Source of the DNA: the human T2T-CHM13v2.0 reference genome, Homo sapiens
Reading direction: 5' to 3' (one strand)
DNA length: 64,000 nucleotides
Assembly (NCBI RefSeq): GCF_009914755.1
Contig: NC_060947.1
Numbering within the stretch: the stretch's first letter is position 1; each line of letters starts with the position of its first letter. Shown piece after piece: positions 1-12,392 of this stretch. The notes beneath the pieces were generated by a model that saw only the letters and a list, made by a program, of their open reading frames with translations, made no database searches and was not told where the DNA came from. The translations under genes were made by a program, and so were the position numbers.

Positions 1-1194
1 GTCACTGGGTTCCATTCTCTGCCTTGATAAAGTCACATCCTCATGGAGATGCCTGGAAATTTTAAATTGGACTCCTGAATACCTCCCAGGGATTTTTGAG
101 TTTGAGGGCTACTGGCAGTAGCTTGAGAATCTTCACCCCGCAGCTGGGGTTGTAAAGGTGAGAAATGTGTTTCTGGCATCCCAAGTTGAGGCACCATGCT
201 GAATATATTTTCCTACTTGAAATATTGTTAAGATATAAATAGTAGTGAGTTTCTCTGGTACTTTTTATGCTATACTACGAATGAATACATTTGTGTGAAA
301 TTGTCTTTTGGGAGGACTACCCCAGGAACTTAGACATTATTTTTATGGGAAAATGCTTGCTTTTAAAATTCTGAACATCTTACTTAAAAACCAACTTTTG
401 GAACACAGTCCAGTCACTACTTGGCTGCTGCCAGTATAGTAAAGCCAACCATTCTACTTCCAGTCAGCTCTTTGGTCCCACAAAAATTCAGAGAATACCA
501 CTCATGAAATGGTATGGAGAGAGAGGTGTCCCTTGTATTTAAGCTATAGCTAAAATAAAAAGGGTTTAATGGTTTATTCCAGTGTTTAACTGATGGTACT
601 GAATGGTATGTGTGTGTGTACACCTGTTTTAGAATTTGTATACATATATTCCTCCCAGGAGCCCCATTTCCTCTTGTTCAGCTCACAGGGAAGTTAATTC
701 CACCTGGAGAAAGCACAGATTTTTAAAGCTACACTCTCCCTTTTTCTTATCCATTTACATCAGAGGTAAAATGAACAATATTCTTTCTAGGTTCCGTGTG
801 TGCCAAAAATGCCCATTAACCGTAGCTGATAAAAGTTTGAAGTACATCAAAACAAATGAAAGCCAACAACTGAAATAAGGCAAAATATCCATTGTCCTCA
901 AACTCAAACCCAAAATTTCTACAAGCCCTCATTTACCTCCTCATTCTTTAATGTAACTATCTTTTCTTTCCAATATCATTCAAGATAATTATTTAAAGCT
1001 TTGTTTTTTATAAAAATTACTAATAGTTCAACAATAACAAACAGTACTTTTATTTGTTTAGCTATATCATAGGCAAAAAGGTATGCGGGTAGTCTAAGCT
1101 CAGAATTTTAATTTGGAATGTTCTATGGAAAAAATATATTCGGGGTTCCCAAGCAACCATTTTTAAACCTACATTTTAGAATCTGTTCTTTATT

Positions 1195-1572
1195 TTTTTA
1201 ATTTTTAATTTTTGTGGCTACAAAGAAGGTGTAAATATTTATGGGGGTACATGAGCTATTTTAATAAAGGCATATAATGTATAATGATCACATCAGGGTA
1301 CATTTACTCTCTGTGTTACAAACAGTCCGGTAATACTTTTCTACTTATTTTTAAAAGTATAATTAAATTATTATTGACTATAGTCACCCTGTTGTGCTAT
1401 CAAATACTAGATCTTACTCATTTTCTCTAACTACTTTTTGTACCCATTAACCATCACCAACTCCCCCTCCCTACTATCCTTCCCAGCATCTGGTAACCAT
1501 CCTTCTATTCTCTATCTCCAAGGGTTCAATTGTTTTAATTTTTAGCTCCCACAAATAAATGAGAACATGCAA
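1195..1572 (-). mobile_element. L1MA-type LINE-1 3' end fragment
   Basis: tatttatggggtacatg...ttattgactatagtcaccctgttgtgctatcaaata...tctggtaaccatc match the L1MA 3' UTR. Confidence 0.8.
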
Positions 1573-1669
1573 ATAGAATCTGTGCTTTAGTATGTGAGAT
1601 TTAACATTTTTGCTAGTATGTTATTTTGGCTCAGGTTTGTAATTATTAAATTGTTTCATGGCTTTACAG

Positions 1670-1726
1670 GGGTCTAAATTATGGATAATAATGGAATACC
1701 TGGGCGGTGGTTCAGCACTGGATCTT
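1670..1726 (+). CDS. STK26: STK26/MST4 coding exon 4 (57 nt; GSKLWIIMEYLGGGSALDL, kinase hinge region)
   Basis: tttacag|GGGTCT...GATCTT|gtaagt; phase 0/0; translation matches the GCK-III kinase hinge. Confidence 0.96.
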
Positions 1727-2102
1727 GTAAGTATTTTAAAATAGTTACACACAGATGCAAATGTGTGCATATGCACATACCTTAATTTTTTAAATTGAAG
1801 ATTAATGGCTTTTGAGCACGCTAAGTGGTTGCTTTAGTTAATATGTTCAAATTAAATTCTTTTTTCATGACCTCTACCTTATGTAGGTACAGATGTATTG
1901 TACGTTTGAACATGTTGCTGGCATTCTAAGACTATATAAGAAATGCAAATAGCTTAATAAAATAAAGTCTCCCAAATTAGAAGGGGATGTGTGTATCCAT
2001 TGCTGTCAAAGTTTGACTTTTGCAAGCTTATCCCTGAAAAAACTGAGTTTTCTTAGATTTTTAAAAAATATGTAATTGAGATAACTGTCACTAAAAGTGT
2101 TT

Positions 2103-2460
2103 TTTATGAACTGAATGTTTGTGTCCCCCCAAAATTCATATGTGGAAATCCTAACCCCCAATGTGATGGTATTAGGCGGTGGGGACCTTGGGACCTAATT
2201 AAGTCATGAAGGTGAGTTCTCATGAATGAGATTCGCACCCTTACAAAAGAGGCCCCAGAGAGCTCTCTGACTTTCTTTCCACCACGAGAGGGTGCAGTGA
2301 GAAGAAGGCCTTCTGGAAACCAGGAAGAGTGCCTTTACCAGACTCGAATCTGCCAGCCCCTTGATCTTGGACTTCTTTCCCAGTCTCCAGAACTGTGAGA
2401 AATATTGTTTAAGCCACCCAGTCTGTGGTATTCTGCTATAGCACCTGAATTGACTAAGAT
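2103..2460 (+). mobile_element. ERVL-MaLR solo LTR (MLT1/MST family)
   Basis: tgtttgtgtcccccc-aaaattcatatgtggaaatcctaacccccaatgtgatggtattagg...ttgtttaagccacccagtctgtggtatt. Confidence 0.85.
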
Positions 2461-5400
2461 AGTGGTACTAGGGTTCTAAACAAGGTTGGCCTACAGATCC
2501 AGTTCTTCACAGAGTTCTCTCTGCCCCTCTATAGGTTATTTGGAAATGTGATGGCATTTGGGTTGTCACAATGACTTAGAAGTGCTCCTGCCATTTTTGT
2601 GGTCATGGATCAGAATGCTAAAATCCTGCAGTGTGCAGGAAAATTCAACCCAATGAAGATGCATTTACACACAGAATGCCTTTGAGAAACACTGGTTGTT
2701 CCCCAATTCAGTGTGATCCTATCAATGTTGAGTTTCTTTCCCTTCCTTAAAAATCTTTATTAATATGATACTATGTTTTAAAATTCAGTATGACTTATGA
2801 GAGGCAACTTAGTGTAGTAGAATGACCACTGGGCTGGCCTGGGGTGTTTGAGGTTATAGGTCTGGCTCTGTGCCTGTGAACCAGACACAAACTTCCTGGA
2901 CGTAGGTGTTCTATAAAACAAAGAAGTTGCACTAAGTTATTTCTAAGTTCCCTTCCATCTTTAATATTATATTTTTTTTATTTGCGTGTTTCTGCCTTAG
3001 AAATTATAGAGTATGCTGTTTCTAAGAAAGTGTTTTGATTAAAATAATCAAGTAATATTTTAATTCTTATTTTTTTAGGTGGAGATGAGTTTTCCTAACT
3101 GAAAGTGATTAAATATTTTTAAAAGGCTTTAACCTTGACTGCCAGTAACTCAAAGCTTCAAATAATTTTATGAACAGAAATGACTATAAGAGATTTTCTT
3201 TCCTTTAGGCAGAACCATATTTAAACCATTTTAAAGAAATGGTAATTAAACTTGATGGAGAGCCTCATCTACTACTAGGAATTCATGTCAGTTTAATCAG
3301 TTGCTGAATTTGGTAATCTTTCCTTGTGTCTAATCTAATTCTTATATCCTAAAGCCTGAGTTCATTTTTTTTCTCTCGTCTCTAGTGAGAGAACACCACT
3401 GATGTTTCTTTGTGTAATAATCCTTCATGCATATGGAGTCAGGCTTCATTCTCCTCTTGAAGTTAAATGATCTCATTTCTATTTGTCTTGTCACAGAGTC
3501 ATATTATTCAATAGTTTTTTCATTAGCTCTACAAGAAGCCTCTCAATTGTTTCATGATCCTCCTTCCATTTTTTGAATATTAAGAGCCCTTTCCAAATTT
3601 ATCAGTTGTCTTATCTGGTTCCTCAGGGTGCTCACCATATCTCTTCCCCATTTTGGAAGCACTGGCAAAGCTAGGCCACTCTGTTCAACAGGATCACTGA
3701 TAGCAATGTTAAACAGTGAACACTGGCCTAACCCCAACCAATGACCCAAATCTGTGTCCCCTATTAGTAGTTTGGTCAGTTTTATGAAATCTCCAAGTTA
3801 AATGATTGTGAGATCTTAATCTCATCCTGCTATTCTGAACTCTACTTAATAAAACAAATAGCCATTAATAACAGTTTCAATGAATGAAAAATGTTGTTAG
3901 TACTGTATTGGTTAAGAATCAAAAGGCCTAGGTCATAAACCCAGTGCTAACACTGACTGCCTGGCAAATATTGGGCGGCCCTTTAGCCTCCTTGTGTCTT
4001 AATTTATTCACATGTTAAATGAAGAAATTGAATCAGTAATCTCTAATTTTGTGTTCTTAGCTCTAAAATTCAATAATATTGTGATTTAATTATAAAACTC
4101 ATTTAACTAGACTTTACAGGGAGAGCAGATAATGAGAAAATGTGCTATTCCTTTTTCATGTATATTCCTGTACAAATAAATGCTATCATTTGGGGGAATC
4201 TAAGACAGGATTAGGTGTAGAGGAAGGCTCTGCTACTAAGAACAAGAGGAAATAAGAGGGATGTTTAGCAGAGAGTGTTTCTCACATTAAACTGGTGCCT
4301 GGTACCTAACTAATGGAATAACATAAGATTACAACTTGTCATTTATGTTAACATTATACAGTGTCTACCTTGAGTCACTCCCATTCTTGAAAAACAATTT
4401 ATTGTATGTGAGCAGACTTTGAGTATATTGCACATCATTTTATTGAGTTTATTATGCTCCACTTCTTTCCAAAAAGAATCGTGGTGGCTTGCAACAAAAA
4501 CACATATAATAAGATGACTAGAATAAAACATGAGCCCCAAGAAAAAAGAAACAATATGCTAACCATAAGAGAGGGCATAAAATAGCAGACTGCATTAGGG
4601 ACTGGCTGGAAGTTAAATTGTGACAAAGATCCATGAGCTCACAAATGTACAGTCTTCGAAAGAGTCAAGGTCCCTCTCTTGCATATTCTTACTTGACAAC
4701 AGAGGCAAATTACACAAGGCAAGTACACTGCCCTGGGACAGAGATATTATCTGTTAGAGACATGGCAAGTTCTTCAGTTATCGGAGAAAAGTTCAAATGG
4801 AGAAGTCTCCCTGCCACAGAGTCTTTCTTCCCATCCTCCTCTAGCACCCAGTTAATTGAGATTTCACTTTTATTGAATTTTAACATGAACCTAAAATATA
4901 GCAGATAAGCTCATGAATCTTTGGGATCCCCTTTTTGTTGTTTTTACTTAAATATTTTTAAAAACTTCTGTATTAGGTAATATACTGGCTTATTTATGTT
5001 ACTTTTACATGTCCTTCAGAATGATAGCTAGTAGGTCGTACATTAATCTTGCCCAATCACTGAAATAACCAAGGATATACCTCCCCTGGTCTTGCCAATG
5101 TCCTGTGATCAGATGATACTAATTACTGATCTTAAGTAGTGTGACATTTGTCCTTTAGTTATTTTGTAGTACCTCAGAAGTTCATTGCCAGCCATCAACA
5201 AAATAGTATGCCATTTTCAACCTTTCTAGAAGACTTTAGAAACTATTTTAATCACTACTGTTTGAATAGAAACTTTGGGGTGGAAGTTGATAGATTTGAA
5301 AGTAAGTAGATAATGTTACCTAGGAAAGGGACCTATTGAATTACAGATATCCCTGGAGTATACTATATACCCAGACCACAGTTAATATTAGATGGTGAGA

Positions 5401-6451
5401 CCAAAGTATGAGTTCTATTTTAAGCTGTTAAATTTCAACATGAAAGTGCCCTTTATTCAGCATAAATATGGCATTCATGAAAGATGAAATACACAAGGTG
5501 CCAAAGAGCTGTGGATCCCTCCCAGTGTGAGGCAGAGTGGGCAATGTTTGATTTTCACCACCTCTTCCCTCCTTCCAGAAGCAAACAGAACTCTACCTCT
5601 GCTCTGACTTTAGATTCCCACCCTTTCCTGTAATAATATTGTACAGTCCACTGTTTGTGCTTTATGAGGTACCAGAATTTTAAAATAACCATTTATTTTA
5701 AAGAGGGATTTTCAGATATTCCATTACAAGTTCTCCTGAAACCTAATCATTGCTTTCCTTGTATTCCAGTTGGAACTATTGGCTTTGGTACAGGGATGGG
5801 GAAATAAAGGGATATGTGTTACATTTATTTGAAAAACATTATCCCTCCATGATTTAATTTTTTTTTACCATCATAGTCTGAATAGTTTAATTATTATATT
5901 CTTGGCTAAATTTACAATTTGAGTCTCAAAAAGGCTATTCTTTGCAATATTATTAAAATACATAAATGCTGACTGATATGATCAAATAGTTGCTGTGGAA
6001 ATCTTATGGATTCTCTGACCTAAAAATCAGTTTCGTGTCAATATGTAGTAACTTTTTCACAGCAATTGCCTGAATTTAAGTAGCTGATTTCTCTTTTTTT
6101 CCATCTAAAGAACAGATAGTTGGTTCTGTCATTACGTAAGCATATTTGTTTCATCTTTGATGTAAATATTCAGGAACCTCAGAATTTGAAGCCTAGTATA
6201 TAGGTAAAAGGGCTCGTATTATCTTTCATTAAATTGAATCATTAAAAAACCTGTTCAGCCCTTTGACTGAACTCTTTTGCTTTCTTCCTTCACATTTTAC
6301 ATTTTTCCTTCCTTGTTTAGATATTGGTTTGATAAACAGAACGGCATCATGTGTCTAAGTGATTTCTTCATTTCAAAGGTACCAATTTTGAATTTTATGT
6401 TTCCAAACTTTTACACATATGTGTATGTGTGTGTGTGTTTTTCCCCTTAAG

Positions 6452-6560
6452 CTTCGAGCTGGTCCATTTGATGAGTTCCAGATTGCTACCATGCTAAAGG
6501 AAATTTTAAAAGGTCTGGACTATCTGCATTCAGAAAAGAAAATTCACCGAGACATAAAAG
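6452..6560 (+). CDS. STK26: STK26 exon 5 (109 nt; [36 protein letters not shown], catalytic loop)
   Basis: ccccttaag|CTTCGA...ATAAAAG|gtatac; HRDIK motif. Confidence 0.97.
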
Positions 6561-6596
6561 GTATACAAAAGTCTAATATGAACCTGAGAAAAATAG

Positions 6597-6842
<246 letters not shown>

Positions 6843-6979
6843 TAATAAATTATATATGGCACACTATCCTAGTTAATACACTGCCTTATTTTTCCTTGTT
6901 TCACAAGTGTTTCTTAAGCTAGAGTTATGTCATATTTTGCTGCTTAATCATAAATTCCCTCACAGCTAACTAATATTTG

Positions 6980-7520
6980 GACCCTATTCACTTCAATGGC
7001 TTTTCATCCCACGTGGAATAAAATCCTAAGTCCTTTCTGTGACATATAAAGCTCTACACAATCTGGCCATTATCTGCCTTTCCAGTCTTATCTCCTACCA
7101 CTCTCTTCTAGATTATTCATCCACAGTGGCCTCATGGTTGTTCCTCAAACATAGCAAGTACACCCTGGCCTCAGGACCTTTGCATGCCCTTCCCTCTGTC
7201 TGAAAAAACCTTCTTCCCACAATCAGGTCTTTGCTTAAATATCACCTACGCAGGGAAGTCTTCCCTGGCCATCTTATGTAAATTTGCAACACCCTTCCCC
7301 CCATGATTCATTATTCTCTTACTATGCTTTGTTATTTTCTTCACAGAAGTTAGCACCGTCTGGCACCATATTATTTATTTATTTATTGTCTTTCTTATTA
7401 GAATGTAAACCCCTTAAGAGCAGGGATTTTTGTCTGGCTTATACACTACTGAAATCCTCCATTCCGAGAAGGGTACCTGGCACAAAGTATGGAATTCATT
7501 ATGTTTTACATAAATGAATT
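6980..7520 (+). mobile_element. L2 LINE 3' fragment
   Basis: cctcaggacctttgca...gagcagggatttttgtctg...cctggcaca. Confidence 0.7.
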
Positions 7521-7643
7521 CTACTAATAAAAATTTATTAACACCACATTTTCTTGAGAGACAAGTACTGTATAGCCATTAGGTTCCACAGACTATTTTG
7601 TGGTAGTATATTGGAATGGAGTTTCAAGGTGATATACATACAT

Positions 7644-7647
<4 letters not shown>

Positions 7648-7685
<38 letters not shown>
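7648..7685. repeat. (TA)~19 microsatellite just upstream of the STK26 exon 7 acceptor
   Basis: Direct reading. Confidence 0.95.
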
Positions 7686-7689
<4 letters not shown>

Positions 7690-7710
7690 TTCTTTTTCCT
7701 TTTACGTTAG

Positions 7711-7896
7711 GCTGACATTTGGTCATTGGGAATTACTGCTATTGAACTAGCCAAGGGAGAGCCACCTAACTCCGATATGCATCCAATGAGAGTTCTGTTT
7801 CTTATTCCCAAAAACAATCCTCCAACTCTTGTTGGAGACTTTACTAAGTCTTTTAAGGAGTTTATTGATGCTTGCCTGAACAAAGATCCATCATTT
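7711..7896 (+). CDS. STK26: STK26 exon 7 (186 nt; [19 protein letters not shown]...CLNKDPSF, subdomains IX-XI)
   Basis: tttacgttag|GCTGAC...TCATTT|gtgagt; symmetric phase 0/0. Confidence 0.97.
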
Positions 7897-8277
7897 GTGA
7901 GTATATATTGCTATTATTACTATTTGTTTTCTATTATTAGATCTACTTATAGCAAAGGCAGCTTTTCCTGCAGTAGGGAATACAGTGTATGTGAGAATTG
8001 TCTAAGATCCATCCAGGAACCTGGTTCGTCCTTCTGTATTGCTATTTCTATTGAGTTCTTAACCAGATTCTTCATTCTTTTTCTCCTTACCCTTCGTTTT
8101 TTTCTTGATCCTCAGCTTCCTCCTTATTCTATTCATTATTTCCTCTTTCAGGGGGAAATAAATTTGAGAAATAAAGTTAACTTTATATTATGTCATTATT
8201 AAAGTGTATGTATAAATACAATGATTTTTGTTCAACTGTTTTCATTTTTCATGAAAAGTTATATTTGGGTTTAACTA

Positions 8278-8564
8278 TTTTTTTTTTTTGAGATGGAGCC
8301 TTGCTCTGTTGCCCAGGTTGGAGTGCAGTGGCATGATTTTGGCTCACTGCAACCTCCAGGTTCAAGCGATTCTCCTGCCTCAGCCTCCCAAGTAGCTGGG
8401 ATTACAGGCACCCGCCACCATGCCTGGCTAATTTTTGTATTTTTAGTAGAGATGGGGTTTCACCATGTTGGCAAGGCTTGTCTCGAACTCCTGACCTCTA
8501 GTGATCTGCCCTCCTCAGCCTCCCAAAGTGCTGGGATTACAGGCATGAGCCACTGTGCCTGGCC
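8278..8564 (-). mobile_element. Alu (AluS-like) with ggtttaactatttt target-site duplication
   Basis: Dimeric Alu in antisense; TSD copies at ~8268 and ~8566. Confidence 0.95.
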
Positions 8565-9301
8565 AGGTTTAACTATTTTTATTTGGTGTTTAGAAACTTC
8601 AATGTGAAGTTGTATACTTTTCCTAGGCTAGTGAGCTCCATTCATTTACTTGGTGGATTCTATTACAGTTGTTTTACTGTTGTTGAAATAAAGCTGCCTT
8701 GTGACTTTTTGAGACGAGAAATACACAAGAGCAGTCCAAACTTGATATAACTATTTTTAAGTTGATGATAAACATTCTCATGTTAATAAAATGAAGGCGG
8801 AACATCCTCCACAGCACCTGGTGTTTGCATTTAGATGCAATAGACATTGATTTGTGATGGAGAAGGGATTATATGTGTAGATAATAACAAAATTACAGCC
8901 TTGCAAGTTTTCATCAGGTTTTTTCAAATTTACAGTAAATGTGATTAAAGTATTTTAGAACACTACTTTGAAATGTTTTTAAATGTTTACTTTCTAAATA
9001 CTGTCATGTGTCTCTCTGCTTTTGAGAAGGCCCTGCCTGCCAGTTTGCTGGTGGGTAAGCCACCTGCTGCCCGTTGGGCTTTAACAAATTGGGACACCAA
9101 AGTAGTAGATTCAATGTGGTTGCCTTGAGCCACTTCAATAATAGAATTAGCTATTTTCCTACAGCATTTTAGTTGTTCTTATGTCTACAGACATACCTTT
9201 ATACCTTTCAGCTTAATAATTCAAATGATTTTTTTTACCATTCCTTGTAATCATAAGAGTTCAACAATTGTCATATGCAGCCTTGATCTTTTTATCCTTA
9301 G

Positions 9302-9450
9302 CGTCCTACAGCAAAAGAACTTCTGAAACACAAATTCATTGTAAAAAATTCAAAGAAGACTTCTTATCTGACTGAACTGATAGATCGTTTTAAGAGATGG
9401 AAGGCAGAAGGACACAGTGATGATGAATCTGATTCCGAGGGCTCTGATTC
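9302..9450 (+). CDS. STK26: STK26 exon 8 (149 nt; RPTAKELLKHKFIVKNSKKTSYLTELIDRFKRWKAEGHSDDESDSEGSD)
   Basis: atccttag|CGTCCT...GATTC|gtatgt. Confidence 0.96.
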
Positions 9451-10159
9451 GTATGTACAAATTATTTAATTTTTATGTAGGCAGCCTATTTAAATATTGT
9501 ATATCTTTTAGCTATGCTCCAGTGTGCTTGTTCTAGCATAAAATATAAACCATATTTTGAAATTTCACCTTAGAAACTGTAAAAATCTTTTTCAATCACA
9601 GTCTGTGGAATACAATGGAGTTGGAAACATGTTTTTCTTGGAAGTGAATAGCTCTAGTTTTAAATGGTCTTGGTCTAACCCCTAGTGGATACTTGAGTAT
9701 ATTACAAAATTTTGGAACAGGATTCAATTAAAGGTGTTATATTAGTTTGCTCAAAGTAATAAGGAGCTGTGTTTTCTCATACTTTGATGGCAACCTGCAA
9801 AATCCCTCTAAAGAACTGACCTCCAGGCTTTTCCCACCTCTTGGCCATGTACCAAACCAAGATCAGACTGATACATTTAAATATTCATTTATGCATGATT
9901 TTTATTTCTTGAAAAAGTTGTAGGGTTTTATAACAGCAGCGTTTACATTAAAAATTCAGCCTCTAAGTCTGTCAATTAATTTAGACTAGGAAAGTCTGTA
10001 TGCTATGCCAGAATTTAGTCCTCCACCAGCTGAACTGGCACAAAGGCAACACCAAATTTCTTTAGATACTACTCTGAGATTCTTCCATTTATGAGAAATT
10101 GTCCAATGTTGGAAAGGGATAAAAAATATCAGAATAATTTGTGCCCTATTCTAATGGGT

Positions 10160-10320
10160 GTTAGCCTTAGCTTCCCATAAGAGTCACTCATGGAACCTTA
10201 AAGCAATCACAAGCCACACCACTGGAGATCCTGATTCAATAGGTGGGGAGTAGTGAGGGACAGGTATTTATCTATGGTAGGAGGTCTCAATGAAGCACAC
10301 ACAGAGTTGAGAACCACTCC
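10160..10320. mobile_element. MER5A-like hAT-Charlie MITE
   Basis: ctgattcaataggtgggg...agttgagaaccact terminal motif. Confidence 0.55.
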
Positions 10321-10500
10321 ACTACTACTCTGTAGTAAAATGTAGTATTCGCCTGAAGCTGAGATCAGATGCTTTTTTGCATCATGAGTTTTTAAACATT
10401 GGGACAATTATCCCTTTAGATTCTACCTGCATTGATTTGGTATTTTTGCCAAGCTGAATCATTTGGGCACTTATAGAGGTATCTTTGGCAATCTCTTTAG

Positions 10501-10594
10501 GGAATCTACCAGCAGGGAAAACAATACTCATCCTGAATGGAGCTTTACCACCGTACGAAAGAAGCCTGATCCAAAGAAAGTACAGAATGGGGCA
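10501..10594 (+). CDS. STK26: STK26 exon 9 (94 nt; ESTSRENNTHPEWSFTTVRKKPDPKKVQNGA)
   Basis: ctctttag|GGAATC...GGGGCA|gtatgt; WSF motif typical of the GCK-III linker. Confidence 0.95.
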
Positions 10595-11045
10595 GTATGT
10601 ATATGGAGACAATTACTTACTCTTCATACAGTTTTTCAAACCATGTAGTGAGATGATAATGGCCTAAAATTGTTAGGATTGAATACCCCTAAATGCCTGT
10701 CTGCCTCACTGTGTTTGTAGTATGCTTCATTTGTCATTAGTTTTGAGCTAATTAAGAAAAGTTAATAGAAGTTATTTAAGTGGCCATATTGGTATTTTTT
10801 AAGTGCATTTCACCTGGAGATACATAAGCCCAGGGAATCATAGGTATCTATTGTAATCCCAGAAGTTAGAGGACTTCTGGATGATGAATGAGAATGAATG
10901 ATAGGAAGAAAGCTTAGAGACTTGCCTTGCATACAATCTTTTGTTTTCAGTAGGGGATTCAAATTAGTTCGTATTTGTTAAAGAATAAGAAAATCATGAC
11001 ACTTATTTTAATTTCATGTGTATAATCTATATTATTTGTTCAAAG

Positions 11046-11108
11046 GAGCAAGATCTTGTGCAAACCCTGAGTTGTTTGTCTATGATAATCACACCTGCAT
11101 TTGCTGAA
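11046..11108 (+). CDS. STK26: STK26 exon 10 (63 nt; EQDLVQTLSCLSMIITPAFAE)
   Basis: ttcaaag|GAGCAA...GCTGAA|gtaagt; phase 0/0. Confidence 0.94.
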
Positions 11109-11189
11109 GTAAGTACAGATTAATTAGCCTTGGATATCTGTGTTAAGTAGTATAATATTTTAAATGTTTTAACTATTATTCTTTCTCAG

Positions 11190-11326
11190 CTTAAACAGCA
11201 GGACGAGAATAACGCTAGCAGGAATCAGGCGATTGAAGAACTCGAGAAAAGTATTGCTGTGGCTGAAGCCGCCTGTCCCGGCATCACAGATAAAATGGTG
11301 AAGAAACTAATTGAAAAATTTCAAAA
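11190..11326 (+). CDS. STK26: STK26 exon 11 (137 nt; LKQQDENNASRNQAIEELEKSIAVAEAACPGITDKMVKKLIEKFQ, dimerisation/PDCD10-binding region)
   Basis: ctttctcag|CTTAAA...CAAAA|gtaagt. Confidence 0.95.
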
Positions 11327-12367
11327 GTAAGTTGGAAATGTCATTTTAAAAATTATTTTGCATTTTCTGTTGTATGTTAATTTATGATGCAATGTAATTC
11401 CTTTGATTCAACCATTCCAATTATTCCTAACAAAGTCACCTTTCAATACATAGTTGTATACTTAAAAATAGTTTTTGTCTGTTGTCTATCTTAAACATTA
11501 GCTTTTAGAATGATTATCTTTAGGCATGACAAGGTAGTTTTCCACTGCATGAAATGACCTGTTTTTCTTTCTCCACTAGTAGGATTATAGACAAAAGGTC
11601 ACTGAGCATATTCTCATTTGAGCTCTTATTAATATAATTGTGGAATGCTTTCTTTCTTGCCACTACCCTCAGAATTTAACAAAACACCACTAGTTGCATA
11701 GTTTCCAGTGCTAAAGTTCCTACGTTTGATCTCCATATGAAAAGTTAAGGAAAAGGTAGAGGGACTCAATCCAGACCAAAAAAGGGCTCTTATGTTCAAC
11801 TTCAGTTTCTATGTTGTCTCTTGAAATATTCATTTGATTTTGTTCGCATTCAAAAAAGTTCTTACATTTAATTTTTTAAAAAATTTTCAACAAGACTTTT
11901 GTATGCATGCACACATATACACTCCTTAGCTCAAGCAAGCTATAAGGTGATACTGATTTTAGCCTTGACCCTGCTATATCTCTTCTCAGTGCATCTTTAT
12001 ATTTCTTTGTGTTTGTGATGCCACTGGGATCGAGATGGAACAAACTCTGTGACCTGTGAAATCACACACTCTCAAAGATCTTTCTATCTGATAAGGCTCA
12101 CTTGTACTCGCAAACCTAACCCCCTCTTAAAATCCCTTATATTTTAATGAAAACCCCCCATTTGAAAACAAATCAATCGGAAGTTGTGAAATCAGATGCA
12201 GAAGGGATTTTTTAACTTGTTTATATTTTAACATCTACATGATAAGATTCAATAGAAACAATGTATCCCTTTTGTGGAATCAGTTTCTTCATTGCAGAGT
12301 TCATACAAAGGAGAAATATAAACATGCATAGTTGTACATTGGTTTAAATTTTTTAAAAATTTTATAG

Positions 12368-12392
12368 GTGTTCAGCAGACGAATCCCCCTAA
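12368..12392 (+). CDS. STK26: STK26 terminal exon, coding part (K-CSADESP-stop)
   Basis: tttatag|GTGTTCAGCAGACGAATCCCCCTAA; completes the split AA|G codon. Confidence 0.94.

Noticed and set aside
1195-1572. Similarity to 51870-52203 suggesting a segmental duplication
   Set aside because: Both are independent L1MA-type 3' ends and the flanks are unrelated.
7897-8202. Extension of the 158-aa ORF past STK26 exon 7
   Set aside because: Read-through into the intron beyond a consensus gtgagt donor; low-complexity hydrophobic translation.
8293-8607. 104-aa ORF and similar ORFs at 18789-19648, 28115-28606, 33383-33571, 38303-38675 and 42704-43115
   Set aside because: These are translations of Alu sequence ([20 protein letters not shown]), not genes.
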